Source: Eledone cirrhosa (taxonomy: Eukaryota). From it: a DNA stretch of 64,000 bases. Below are positions 1-13,058 of the stretch, in pieces. A program made the translations under genes and the position numbers. The DNA is taken from assembly GCA_964016885.1 (NCBI GenBank), contig OZ024741.1:83948001-84012000 (forward strand), written 5' to 3'. Every line of letters starts with the position of its first letter. Position 1 is the first letter of the stretch. The notes beneath the pieces are model-generated. The model worked only from the letters and a program-made list of their open reading frames with translations. It searched no databases and was not told the origin of the DNA.

Positions 1-806
1 AACAAATGCAGAAACGAAATATATATATATATATATACGTACATATATTTCGAAGCTAGTGGTTTGGCTTTTATTTTGGGTTCTTTTTATATATGAGAAT
101 GAAACACAGTGATTCGACAGAGATCGATAGAAAAATGTACAAGACTAAGGTTGAAATACTCCGCGGCAAATATTGATGTAGTTGCACCAGCATCGCCAGG
201 AATATGATTGAATGAATCTAAGAATATATCTTTCTCTATTTTCTCTAACTTCTCTCTTTTAGTCTGTATCTGCTTCTGTCTGCCTTTCATATCTCTGTAC
301 GCCCTCTCTCTCTCTCTCACTCTCTGTCTCTCGTTCTATATTTCCTTTCCACATTCCCGCTCTCCCCCGTTCTCGCAAACATTATTTCTCACTCTCTCTG
401 CTTCTCTGTTTTCTCTCCTTTTCTTTTTCCAATCGATTTCCATTCAATCTAAGCTTGTGTCTGGCCATAAATATATGATCTGTGCAAACTCAGGTTTTAG
501 TATAATGGCTAAACAGATGAGATGTATATACAGGCTTACATTTAATTTTTCATTTGGCAAAGCAATGTGAGAATATTAATAAATTGGATAATCAAATGCA
601 TATTGCATTGTCAGTGGCGAGGGGCAAAGATCAAAGATGTGTGGATGTCTGCAAACGCAAATAGATATAAATACAGATAATCATATAATTTTACACTCAC
701 ACACAAATATGCACACGCACAATTCTCTAAAGCCCTGCTAAACCATCAAAACAAATATATATTATGTTTGTATGAATATGTATATATAAGTATATATGTA
801 TAAATG

Positions 807-960
<154 letters not shown>

Positions 961-1329
961 TTCAAAGGGAAGAAAGAGAAAGGTATACATAAATGCTAAG
1001 GTTACAGTTCATCTCTATATATTTTTCTCAAACTACATGAGGGGAACACAGTTCATTAGGTTTTATTTTTAAGCACTAAAACCTTTTATTAGTGCTTCAT
1101 ATAATACATAGCAGATTTGAAAAATATGTACTGGGCATGATATGATCGATAAAATCATTTCATTACGGCGCCGCAGAATAGCTACTGCATAATGACTACA
1201 ACAATAACATAAACACAATAACAGAATATAGATACCCGTGAGTGACCTTGTGTGTGTAGTTTTACGTTTTATTATGATAAATTGGTTGCTGGGGAGATAT
1301 CTTGTTTGATGACACCGGATAGTGACAGG

Positions 1330-2200
1330 GCATCTTACCTGTCAGATATGGTGGCCTCAGTATCCAGTCTCCAGTCACGCTGCGCCAGCCAGCATTCCTT
1401 TTGCTGGAGACCTCTTAGCGTGACCTCATGAACAGAGCTTTCTACAACGCAACCGTACCTACTGCAATCAAGGAACGCGAGGCGGCCTATGCGATATGGA
1501 ACCACTTCGGCCTTCACCCTGTGGGCGTTATCCAACTCTCCTCTTCGTGGACGAAAACCCCACCTAGACAAATGGCACGCCATCCATTGTAACATTTGCT
1601 TTGGTCAGACAGGTGCACCGGCTTGACCAACACCATCTGGCCTGTTTTCGCTTGGCCTCAGAAAAGCCCACATAAATGCATGGCTCAACGCAGTACCACC
1701 ACTCTTTACTGCAACTATAACGACAGTTTGTGTATCGATCTTTCCCTGAGGCTCGGCTTTCAAAGAAATCATAAATCATGGCCTGGAAGCCACAATTTTC
1801 CCTTTCCCAGTTAGTTCCAATGGAGCTGTACAAAGGCGACATTAAAAGGTCAGATGGCTTGACAATCCCCACTTTGCCCTAATCTGGGATGTTACATGTG
1901 ACACCTCACTCATAGGCAACCTGGTACTTTTTCTTATCAACTCAGGTTTCACTGCACATCAGGCCGAAAAGGCAAACTTTCAAAGTCTCGGCCGTTCTGT
2001 GGTAGGTTTGTGGTCGAACCTGTGGCAGTGGAGACTTCCGCCTTTCTTAGACCCGGACCACATCCATACGCTATGCTCTGGGGTGGAGTTGGTTAACCAA
2101 ATGTGCATGTCTCACGAGTTGTAGTGCCTATTTCAGCGCGTCTCACTCAACATCCACCAACGCAATGTCTTTTCTATTCTGTCCACCGGAACCACGAGGT
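1330..2200 (+). mobile_element. Degenerate CRE-like non-LTR retrotransposon 3' fragment (restriction-like endonuclease region)
   Basis: Frameshifted + strand translation gives KRSDGLTIP..LIWDVTCD, VEPVAVETS and QRVSLNIHQRNVFSILST. These resemble the CRE C-terminal motifs KRPDG.T..WDVT, PIAVETLG and QRISLAIQRGNA. Confidence 0.7.
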
Positions 2201-2658
2201 AGACTGACACTCGAACAATGAGTAATAAATATAAATCATATATTATACAGTGAGCTGTCTCATGTAATGTTATATAAACACACACAGATACACGACTCGT
2301 AATAATGAAAACTGACAAAATATTCCAAACGGGGAAGCTGATGTGATTATATGACATTGTGTCGATTTCATTTATTCTCACATTTTGTCACCTCTAGGCG
2401 CTGCTTACACTACTTGTACATTATCTATTCTTTGTTTGTTACCATCGTCTCCTGCCTTTTAAGCGACGATGATCTTAGCATATTTATATGTATGTATATA
2501 TATATATATATGTGTGTGTGTATATGTCTCTGCGCATGTGTATGTTTGTATGCTTGTATGTTTGAGTGCGTTACAAATAAATATATGCATTTATATGTCC
2601 CAAGCTCTGATACCATCAACACTATACACACAGAGCTGGCATATCTAAGAACTGACTA

Positions 2659-2714
2659 ACTGCCTGATGATGTCATAGCCATTCAATGGCTATCATCGAA
2701 ATATATATAGCAGT
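2659..2714 (+). ncRNA. Type I hammerhead ribozyme, family A
   Basis: ACTGC-CTGATGA-tgtc ATAGCCA ttcaa TGGCTAT catc-GAAA-tatata-TA-GCAGT. Stem I ACTGC/GCAGT is perfect; the base of stem II is mismatched. Confidence 0.8.
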
Positions 2715-2774
2715 AAATAAAGGATTATGAGTTCATGCGATTGACTTATGTTTCGTCACTATATATATATATAT

Positions 2775-2956
2775 GAGAAAGTATGACCCGATGGCAGAGC
2801 TCACCGTTTCAAAGGCTATTTCCGGACCAGAAATAGCCGTCAAAACGGCTTGAGCTCTGCCGTCGGAGTCATACTTTCTCCTATTGGCCACTCTACTACC
2901 CTAAGTACTCTGGTGCGTTATGGTCCATCTGGTTCTTTACCACAACTCCTTCGTTA
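2775..2956 (-). mobile_element. Short non-coding dispersed element with terminal hairpin (family H)
   Basis: Reverse-complement homologue of 11161-11370 and 38138-38332. Hairpin at 2775-2880; flanked by (TA)n. Confidence 0.8.
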
Positions 2957-3074
2957 TATATATATATATACATATAACATCTAGCATAAACATGCAGAGA
3001 ATACTTAGGCAATATAAATTATAGACGAAGTAATTAAATTGAAGGCGATTTCAACATAATACACCATAGAAGAA

Positions 3075-3141
<67 letters not shown>

Positions 3142-3282
3142 TCTCTCTCTATATATATGTATTTAGATAAATATACATATATATATATATATATGACGAT
3201 AAATTAACGGAGCCATAGACACTCGTTATTCCCTGTCAATAATGTGCTCAAAGGAAAAGGAATCCTGAGCTCTTTAAAATAC

Positions 3283-3694
3283 AATATGTTGAAAAGGTAA
3301 CACACTAGAGAGGGAGAGATAGTGTGCCACCAATAAAACAGGGAAAACCACCAGTGTATGGAATCTATAATCTATGGAAGGCAGAGTAGACATACAATAA
3401 TTAAAAATATAAATACAAATGTATATACGCACCTCTATAACTATATAACGCGTACAAATCCAAAGAGATCTGTTTCACCAGGAAGGTGTTGACTGAAATG
3501 GAATAGTCTATGGCTCATCATCATTTGTACGCGTGTGTTATACAGTTATAGAGGTGCGTATATACATTTTAATTTATATTTTTAATTATTATGTGTCTAC
3601 CCTGCCTTCCATAGGGTATAGATTCCATACACTGGTGGTTTTCCCTGTTTTATTGGTGACACACTTTCTCTCTCTAGTGTGTTACCTTTTCAAC

Positions 3695-3699
<5 letters not shown>
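3283..3699. repeat. Foldback inverted repeat (arms about 3283-3459 and 3523-3699) between (TA)n tracts
   Basis: Arms are reverse complements with scattered mismatches and indels. Confidence 0.9.
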
Positions 3700-3750
<51 letters not shown>

Positions 3751-3928
3751 TATTATTTGTTTAATATTTTATCTTGACTCTGTATACCGTTTATCTTTCA
3801 CCGAAATTGGATTTTCATTACATCTCTTCTTTCCATGATATCCGGAATACATTGAGTTCTTCATACGGATTGGACACTACCGTAAACTCTTGGTAGATTT
3901 ATCTACATATATATAAATATATATATAT

Positions 3929-3965
<37 letters not shown>

Positions 3966-4086
3966 GTGAGTAATATTGTAGAACAATAAAACTATGCATA
4001 TATCAGATAAGTAGCACTCAACAGTTGGTAGAACTGGTGTATTTATAATAAAGATCAAATAAAGATGGTTATAAGAGTTCCATATA

Positions 4087-4152
4087 TTTTATTATACGTA
4101 TTTCGAATACAAAATAATCCTGGGATAGATGTTGTGTTCTCTTCAGATAAAA
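4087..4152 (-). ncRNA. Type I hammerhead ribozyme, family B
   Basis: Minus strand: TTTTAT-CTGAAGA-gaa...ttc-GAAA-TACGTA-TA-ATAAAA. Confidence 0.8.
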
Positions 4153-4336
4153 AATAAGGTACAATGATATGAGGCATAATACCACTTGTTTATAGGAAAG
4201 TGTACAATCTACATATGACAAAAATATGTGTTAATACTATAGTAAGAAATAGATAGGAAACTAGAAGAAAAGGAAAGAAGAAGAGAAAAAGGAAAAACGA
4301 AAGGGAAGAAAGAAATAAGAAGGAAGAAGAAGAAGA

Positions 4337-4401
<65 letters not shown>

Positions 4402-4571
4402 GCGAGAAAGATCAGGAACGCTGTCAAAGTGAAAACAGCTGTTAATAACGGTTAAAAAATAAATTGATGAGGTTTATGTGCGAATATTATAGAAGGTGTT
4501 CAAATATTAGAGGTCTAAATATAGAAATTGGGTATATTATTTCATATTGGGTTTGCCTTTCATCCTTACGG

Positions 4572-4640
4572 GGTCGATAAAATAAAGAACCAGTAATGCA
4601 CTGGGTAATTGCTGGCCTTGTGCCTAAAGTAGAAACAATT
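4572..4640 (+). mobile_element. Octopus-type tRNA/Nin-core SINE, 3' fragment
   Basis: gcctttcatccttacggggtcgataaaataaag core shared with full copies. Confidence 0.85.
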
Positions 4641-4971
4641 ATTTCATATTGGGTTTAAATACTAAGAATTGGTTTAAGATGTGTAAAAATGTATTAATAA
4701 AATAAATATAAAAAGATTTTTATAAAATAAAATAAAAATAGTCTATCTAGTAAAAATATATATGTGGGGTATACTATTTAATTTTTATTTTATATCATCA
4801 AGTAAATAAAGGAAATTGCTAGAAGTATTTATAAACGTAGAAAGAACGTAGAGAAAATCTGTTATAATATGGCGTCATGTTTTGTTTACAAAATCTACGA
4901 AGGTTTGAGCGAAAATCTAAAGGTATAGAAAAGAAGATCAGAGGCTTAATATATAATGAGAGAACCAAAAT

Positions 4972-5068
4972 AATTGTTTCTACTTTTGGCACAAGGCCAG
5001 CAATTCACCAGTGTATTACTGGTACTTTATTTTATCGACCCCGTAAGGATGAAAGGCAAAGTAAACCG
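4972..5068 (-). mobile_element. Octopus-type SINE, 3' fragment
   Basis: Reverse complement of the SINE core and tail. Confidence 0.85.
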
Positions 5069-5270
5069 CGACGAGAAAACCAAAATAATACATTGTAGAA
5101 TATACTGAAAGATGTGTAAAGAGAAATAACAGTGACTCGTCGAATATGTTATAGGACATCAGCAATATACTTTGTGAAAGGTCTTGTAGGATTTATGATT
5201 ACAAAGTCCAATTAAATCGGTTCTTCGAATTATTAATGTGTTGAAAATGTTTATTAAGCCTCTCATCTTC

Positions 5271-5307
<37 letters not shown>

Positions 5308-5430
5308 GTGTGTGCGCGCGTGTGTGTGTGTATGTGTGTGCTTCTGTATGATTCTGATTACACACACACATATATATATATATGTGTGTGTCTGTGTATA
5401 TATATATGTATATATATGTATATATATATG

Positions 5431-5526
<96 letters not shown>

Positions 5527-5565
5527 ATTAAATAAATGGAAACTATATTTATAAAACCATATTTA

Positions 5566-5627
5566 TTTCATTATATATATTTCAGGGATATCATATTAAC
5601 GATATGTTATGCCTTCTTCAGACAAAA
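5566..5627 (-). ncRNA. Type I hammerhead ribozyme, family C
   Basis: Minus strand: TTTTGT-CTGAAGA-aggc ataacatat cgtta atatgatat ccct-GAAA-tatata-TA-ATGAAA. Confidence 0.75.
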
Positions 5628-5779
5628 TACAATATAAACAGTCTTATAAATAAATAGATACGACATACCTTTCAATCGACTTGCATTTGGGATAAATATA
5701 CTCCAAATACTTGTTGAGTGCTTTTATATCAGTTATAAATATTTACTCGTTGTTAACCCAACAATTTAAATATAACTTT

Positions 5780-5833
<54 letters not shown>

Positions 5834-5837
<4 letters not shown>

Positions 5838-6226
5838 AATCATGTCTTTAGAATCATCAGATATTAAAATATATACTATTTCTTCTTCTAATTAGCATAA
5901 TTAACCATATACAAAATCCATCTTAGCAAGCTATAAGAATAAATTCTCTTATGGGGAAATCTCCGACAAATAATCGTTCGTAGCCTCTTCGCGGCGGCTC
6001 CGTTTCATTATTTATCCAACATTTCGACAGCATGTAGAATCCGACTAAATATACCATCAACCACACACAATTAGTAGTAAAATTAAACTTAGAAGAAATG
6101 CGCACATACAAGAGAATTTATTCTTATAGCTTGCTAGGATGGATTTTGTATATGGTTAATTATGCTAATTAGAAGAAGAAATAGTATATATTTTAATATC
6201 TGATGATTCTAAAGACATGATTTATG
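5834..6226. repeat. Foldback inverted repeat (arms about 5834-5950 and 6110-6226)
   Basis: Near-perfect reverse-complement arms; left arm abuts (TA)n. Confidence 0.92.
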
Positions 6227-6330
6227 ATATAATGCTCTGATTTTTTGATTTTAATTTATTAATTCTTCATAGAGCTTAAAAGTGAACAGTTGCAACATAT
6301 ATATATCTTTAACTTTATGTATATGATAAC

Positions 6331-6407
<77 letters not shown>

Positions 6408-6413
<6 letters not shown>

Positions 6414-6807
6414 TGTATATATAGTGTATTTTGCAATACACTTTATGCTTAATTAAAAGCATTTTGAAGACCGTATTCTATTGTTTTAGAGTTGTGACAG
6501 ACTCACTTACTTTAATTTCAGCAAACAAGCTGACAAGGCGTTGTTTCTGCATTTATTGATGCTTATCAAAGCCAAGTACTACCCGTTTACTGAAATTACG
6601 GATGTTATTTTCTCATAGAATTCTAGTAAATAATCAGATAAGCATCAATAAATGCAGAAACAAGGCTTTGTCAGCTTTATCTCCCCCTGTTTGCTGAAAT
6701 TAAAGTAAGTGAGTCTGTCACTGCTCTAAAGCAATAGCATACGGTCTTCAAAATGCTTTTAATTAAGCATAAAGTGTATTGCAAAATACACTATATATAC
6801 ATTCATA
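6408..6807. repeat. Foldback inverted repeat (arms about 6408-6567 and 6637-6807)
   Basis: Reverse-complement arms with one ~12-nt indel; bounded by (TA)n. Confidence 0.92.
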
Positions 6808-6848
6808 TATATATGGCTATTTCAGAGCACCAATTCTAATATGTATAC

Positions 6849-6911
<63 letters not shown>

Positions 6912-7079
6912 GAGACACAGAGAGAGAAGAAGAAGAGAGAGAGGAGAGAAATTTCATTAATGTACAAATGAACTAATGGAAGTACTATATTCGATATAAT
7001 AGATACATAATATAATATCAGAGTATATGTTAGAAACTTATAATATAGTATATGTTTATGGTAACATTACATGCCCACT

Positions 7080-7630
7080 CTTATAAATACGTATATATAC
7101 ACACATATAATTATACATGGACTCTTACAAACATACACAAATAACTTCCTGCCTACCTACCTAACATACATACATACATACATAAATACATACATAAATA
7201 CATACATACATAAGCATACCAACATACACGAATGCATACACATGCACATATATGCACTTGCATACATACATACATGCATATATGAATACATACATACTTA
7301 CATATAGAAATAAGTACACCAACAGATACCAATACTTACATATATACATATACACACATATACATGCATACGTACCTTTGATATCACATAAACATTATGA
7401 TTGTTACATACATACATACATACACACATGCATACATGCATACTTACATATATACATACATACATAAGTACACCAACATATACGAATACATACACATATA
7501 CACATATGCACATGCATACATCCGTACGTACATACATACATAAATACATACATACTTACATACATAAATAAGTACACCAACATACACGAATACATACACA
7601 TGCATGCGTACCTTTCTTATCACATACATA
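7080..7630. repeat. Complex (CATA)n-based minisatellite
   Basis: Recurring aagtacaccaacatacacgaatacatacac unit among CATA repeats. Confidence 0.85.
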
Positions 7631-8184
7631 ATATGACGTTATGTTCGTATACTACATTGCAAATGTGATACAAACACATGTATCCACAGAATCAATCTAG
7701 TTAAGAAACTCACTGAATCTTGCTGTTTTGATGATATATTTTCCTAAAAGCCCGCCTCCCTTTTTTATATTCATTGATCATTAGAAAAAAGTGCAATAAT
7801 CAATATTTTTATTTACCTGTATTTTTGAGTGAAAGTCATTTATGAATCTCTATACGTTTTCCATTTAGTAATGGAGAATTGATATATTTTTGATATTTTG
7901 AATCGAAGATTGCTCAATATTTGTCACATGCATTATGTAAATAACCAACTATGCCCCAACTACAAATTCTGATTTGTTCTAGAAAACAACGGCACGACTC
8001 TAAGATGACCTTGTATGCTAGAAATACAAGTCAATACTTTTATAAAATTGTAGCACTATATAAGAGGAAAGGTGGTCAAGCTTTACAATGCAAACGTATT
8101 TATAAACTGTCTGTTCAGTCAGAACTGTCATGATAGTAAAGAGCCGGATACCTCTTTTATGAATGTACAAGAGACGCCGTAGCA

Positions 8185-8546
<362 letters not shown>

Positions 8547-8749
8547 GGGAAGTAAGGTTTCTATATAAAACTGGATATATTTTTAATTTTTGACAATTTT
8601 CTGAATTTTGAAGGAAAGAATGTTCCTTAATTCCCTACCACAAAGGAATCTGTGACAGACAGGCTGAAACACACACACACACACATACCACACAGTCCCT
8701 TCCTACCCACATACATATGTGTACTTTTTTATATATACATATATATATA

Positions 8750-9997
8750 TTTCAGTTTAGTAGTCATTTACAAATATTAAGCTCTAAGAAAAATACTTCT
8801 GAGCATTACATTACAATTTAGAAATCAAAAATTAATAAATATATGATCAACACTACTGTGTTTTTTTTTGCAAAATGACAATAATTTTTTAGCCAGATAG
8901 AAATACCTTAATTCAAGTACAGTAGTGTTGATCATATATTTTTTAATTTTTAATTTCTAAATTGTAATGTAATGCTCAGAAGTATTTTTCTTAGAGCTTA
9001 ATATTTGTAAATGACTACTAAACTGAAATTATCTGCTCCTACGGTCGAGCTGAATTCATAATCACATATTCACGGCTGTTATTTCTAGCGCCATGGATAT
9101 GAGCCAGAATGCTGGGAAGGTCGTGTGCAAAAGCACATGTATTAGGCTTGCGACAGATCAGTCTTAAGATACTATCTTAGGAGAAGTGATTTTAATTTCT
9201 GGGTGCCTACCGAAGATCACAGAAAATTGATTACTCCACTAATAATTATTTTATAAATAGTTGTTCCGTAATTAATTAATTATTTCATTAGTATAACATC
9301 CCTTGTGAAACAGGTTTATGTTTTGAAGTTCTGCCCGATCTGCTGAAAAGGTTTGAATTTTGAAATTTAAACTTGTCTAGGCACCAGGCAGTTGCCATTT
9401 TACGTCTGTAAGTATAGATTTAATATTTAAAATTCTCTAGATCGATACAGATGGACTATATGTACTTAAATTAAGGTATTTCTATCTGGCTAAAAAATTA
9501 TTGTCATTTTGCAAAAAAAAAAACACAGTAGTGTTGATCATATATTTTTTTAATTTTTAATTTCTAAATTGTAATGTAATGCTCAGAAGTATTTTTCTTA
9601 GAGCTTAATATTTGTAAATGACTACTAAACTGAAATTATCTGCTCCTACGGTCGAGCTGAATTCATAATCACATATTCACGGCTGTTATTTCTAGCGCCA
9701 TGGATATGAGCCAGAATGCTGGGAAGGTCGTGTGCAAAAGCACATGTATTAGGCTTGCGACAGATCAGTCTTAAGATACTATCTTAGGAGAAGTGATTTT
9801 AATTTCTGGGTGCCTACCGAAGATCACAGAAAATTGATTACTCCACTAATAATTAATTTATAAATAGTTGTTCCGTAATTAATTAATTATTTCATTAGTA
9901 TAACGTCCCTTGTGAAACAGGTTTATGTTTTGAAGTTCTGCCCGATCTGCTGAAAAGGTTTGAATTTTGAAATTTAAACTTGTCTAGGCACCAGGCA
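8750..9997 (+). mobile_element. Non-coding element: 606-bp unit in about 1.8 tandem copies preceded by an inverted ~170-bp segment (retrozyme/PLE-derived candidate)
   Basis: 8922-9390 is nearly identical to 9528-9996. 8750-8921 is the reverse complement of about 9461-9635. (TA)n on both sides. Confidence 0.75.
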
Positions 9998-10188
9998 TAT
10001 ATATATATTTAATACATTAACATAGAAAGCCATTAGCGATACTCCGACCAATTTCCAACTCACTCAACAAACATTAGGAAATACCTAAGTATATTCCCAA
10101 TTATACGTTTGGGGTGCTAACTATATTGTATTGTGTGAATGATCGGCTGTATTATTATATATGAGACATAATTAAATAAACCTCATTC

Positions 10189-10310
10189 CCCTTACGATCG
10201 TTTCATTATAAGATTTCTACAAAGTGGGAGAAATTAGTCCTAGTTATGTAGAACCTTGCATAAGATCAATGGATACCCATGCAAGTGGGCTGTTATAACT
10301 CTTCAGTGGG
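10189..10310 (-). ncRNA. Type I hammerhead ribozyme with branched ~95-nt stem II domain, family D
   Basis: Minus strand: ccca-CTGAAGA-GTTATAA...[CTTGCAT/ATGCAAG hairpin][TTCTACA/TGTAGAA hairpin]...TTATAAT-GAAA-CGATCG-TA-aggg. Confidence 0.7.
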
Positions 10311-11115
10311 TTACCCAAGTAACATTAATATTAATAACCAAATCAATATTAATATTTAGCGATAATCGCCGTCAGTGCTTGATAGAGCCGCTTAGTTTGA
10401 AAGTCCAGCAGGTCTACAAAAAAAATCTCACACTCTCCCTAAATGGGAAGGGGAGGTCATCGTAAAAATTTAAATAATATACACGCAGGTCATTGAACCC
10501 TGTTAAGAATCCAAACCTCTTGTTAAGAACTCAAGTGGATATGAAAAAATAAATATATGTGCGTACTGTTTAAGTATACATAGAGATATTTGCTCAGGCA
10601 AAATAACAGATATGAGATACAGGAACAAACAATCAATATTCATAGAAATAAATAAATAAAGATAGTCATACCTAAATATCGGGAAACTTCATGTCTGGTC
10701 ATACAAGGGTATAATACTTAATACATTAATAAGAGGAAAAAATTACTCCTTGCAGAAGTTACTGCTACTGGTACTCAGATTTTGTTAAAAATCTTTTTTT
10801 TATGTTTTTAATTTTTTAATGTTTAAATTTTTTAAATCTTCTTAAATTTTAATTTTTAAAATTCTGAGAATACTTTGGATTTTAGTTTTTAATTTTTGCA
10901 ATCTTCTGAATTTTCTGAATTTCCCACCACAAAAGTATCTGTGACAGTCAGGCTGAAAAAACACTCACATACATGCACAATAACCCCACACATACATACA
11001 CATGTGTGTATTGCTTAGGGGACTGTGACAGACAGACTGAAAACACACACACATACACGCACATGTGTGTGTATTGTTGTATATACACCCTAACTCTCTT
11101 TCTGTCTCTCTATAA

Positions 11116-11160
<45 letters not shown>

Positions 11161-11163
<3 letters not shown>

Positions 11164-11366
11164 ACGAAGGAAATGTGGTAAGGAACCAGGTGGACCATAA
11201 CGCACCAAAGTACTCAATACTTGAGGTAGTAGAGTGGGTAATAGGAACCAGTAAGACCCCGACAGCTGAGCTCAAGCCGTTTCGACGGCTAATTCTGGGA
11301 TCCCAGCTAATCCCAGAATTAGCCGTCGAAACGGCTTGAGCTCAGCTGTCGGGGTCTTACTGGTTC

Positions 11367-11370
<4 letters not shown>
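11161..11370 (+). mobile_element. Family H short element ending in a perfect hairpin with ~60-bp arms
   Basis: 11241-11298 is the reverse complement of 11313-11370; (TA)n on both sides. Confidence 0.9.
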
Positions 11371-11403
<33 letters not shown>

Positions 11404-11847
11404 TATATGTGTGTGTGTTTGTACACACACTGCCTGAGCCACATTCAAATAATATAATTTCTCATACAATCCTACTACTACTTCTACAGAATTCACCTCT
11501 AACTTACAATCCCCTATCCCCTTTTGAACTATTGACCACTCGATTAACAATACACTCACAGGATGTTTTTTAAAACACAACTTTCTCCTGTGAAGAAAAA
11601 CAAGTAACCTTCTCTTTCCAACCAATTTTTCAGCAAGAAGGACGGAAGAAAATTTATCCAAACATTTGATTTTGAGTTTAATTGTAAACCCTTCGTTTTT
11701 AACTTCTTTTAACTCTTTTAAATGTTTTACACTCAACATTTGATAAGATGGATTTTAATAACACATCGAAATCGGTAATTCTTCATACATTTTATATACA
11801 TTATAAAAACATATTTAAAAAGAATTGTCCATCTCATTTTTTTTTAT

Positions 11848-12166
11848 AATTGTTTCTACCTTTGGCACAAGGCCAGCGATTATCTCAGTGTATTACTGGT
11901 ACTTTATTTAATCCACCCCGTAAGGATGAAAGGCAAAGTTGACCTCGGCTGGATTTGAACTCAGATTAATGTTACCTTTTCAATAATTGTTTCTACTTTA
12001 GGCACAAGGCCAGCAATTATCCAGTGCATTACTGGTACTTTATTTTATCGACCCCGTAAGGATGAAAGGCAAAGTCAACCTCGGCGGGATTTGAACTCAG
12101 ATCGTAAAGGGACATAACTATGCTGGAAAGCATGGCATCCGACCCTCTACCGATACTGCCAATTTC
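11848..12166 (-). mobile_element. Two tandem octopus-type SINE copies (truncated 11848-11965; near-full 11986-12166)
   Basis: SINE tail, Nin core and B-box-like gagttcaaatcc on the minus strand. Confidence 0.9.
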
Positions 12167-12243
12167 AATAATGGCACTTTGACGAATCAAAAAAGAAAAA
12201 CAGTCCCTTAAATACATTTCCCGTGCTATTTCCAACTTCACCC

Positions 12244-12445
<202 letters not shown>

Positions 12446-12593
12446 TATATATATATATATAGTAATAAAAAAAGTGTTGGTAAAATACAATACTTCAGTA
12501 TGCGGATAGGGACCACTCAACGAAGATATAGAATCCGGAGTTATAATAGTGACGAAACATAAGTCAATTGTATGCACTCATAATCCTTTATTT

Positions 12594-12649
12594 ACCGCTA
12601 TATATAATTCGATGATAGCCATTATATGACTATGATCTCATCAGGCAGT
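12594..12649 (-). ncRNA. Hammerhead ribozyme family A, damaged copy (GAAA changed to GAAT)
   Basis: 12548-12677 is the reverse-complement homologue of 2631-2762. Adjacent palindrome at 12685-12764. Confidence 0.65.
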
Positions 12650-12918
12650 TAGTAAGTTCTTAGATATGCCAGCTCTGGGTTTTTGGAAAACACACATCCT
12701 AATGCCTGTGCGCCCAGCATATTTATGTATGCTGGGCGCAAAGGCATTAGGATGTGTGTTTTCCTCTGCCAGCAACATATCAAATATATCGATTTTCATC
12801 TGAGGAAACCGTTCTCATAATCAACAGCAAATACATGAACGACATCTCGATTACATGGAGAACCGTGGAAATAATTATTATGATTAAACGATATATGTAA
12901 CCTCAGCATCTTAACTTG

Positions 12919-12969
<51 letters not shown>

Positions 12970-13021
12970 TAACAGATTAAACTTTAAGCAAAGACTCGCT
13001 ACTTTCACCCTTAACGGGATC

Positions 13022-13058
<37 letters not shown>

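Larger units (their letters stand above)
3970..5270 (-). mobile_element. Penelope-like element 3' remnant (GIY-YIG C-terminal tail, 3' UTR and HHR)
   Basis: 5159-5270(-) ends in ...[21 protein letters not shown], matching ...RTDLFSPCLHKFHRTFHKVYC* at 25282. 4000-4150 is homologous to 24845-24999. Confidence 0.7.

Noticed and set aside
6200-6240. CTGATGA in the arm of the 5834-6226 foldback
   Set aside because: No downstream GAAA, stem III or stem I partner found.
8575-11050. Short repeats ending ctgtgacagacag(g/a)ctgaaa-(CA)n at 8.65, 10.94 and 11.02 kb
   Set aside because: Fragments of an unidentified repeat with no diagnostic features.
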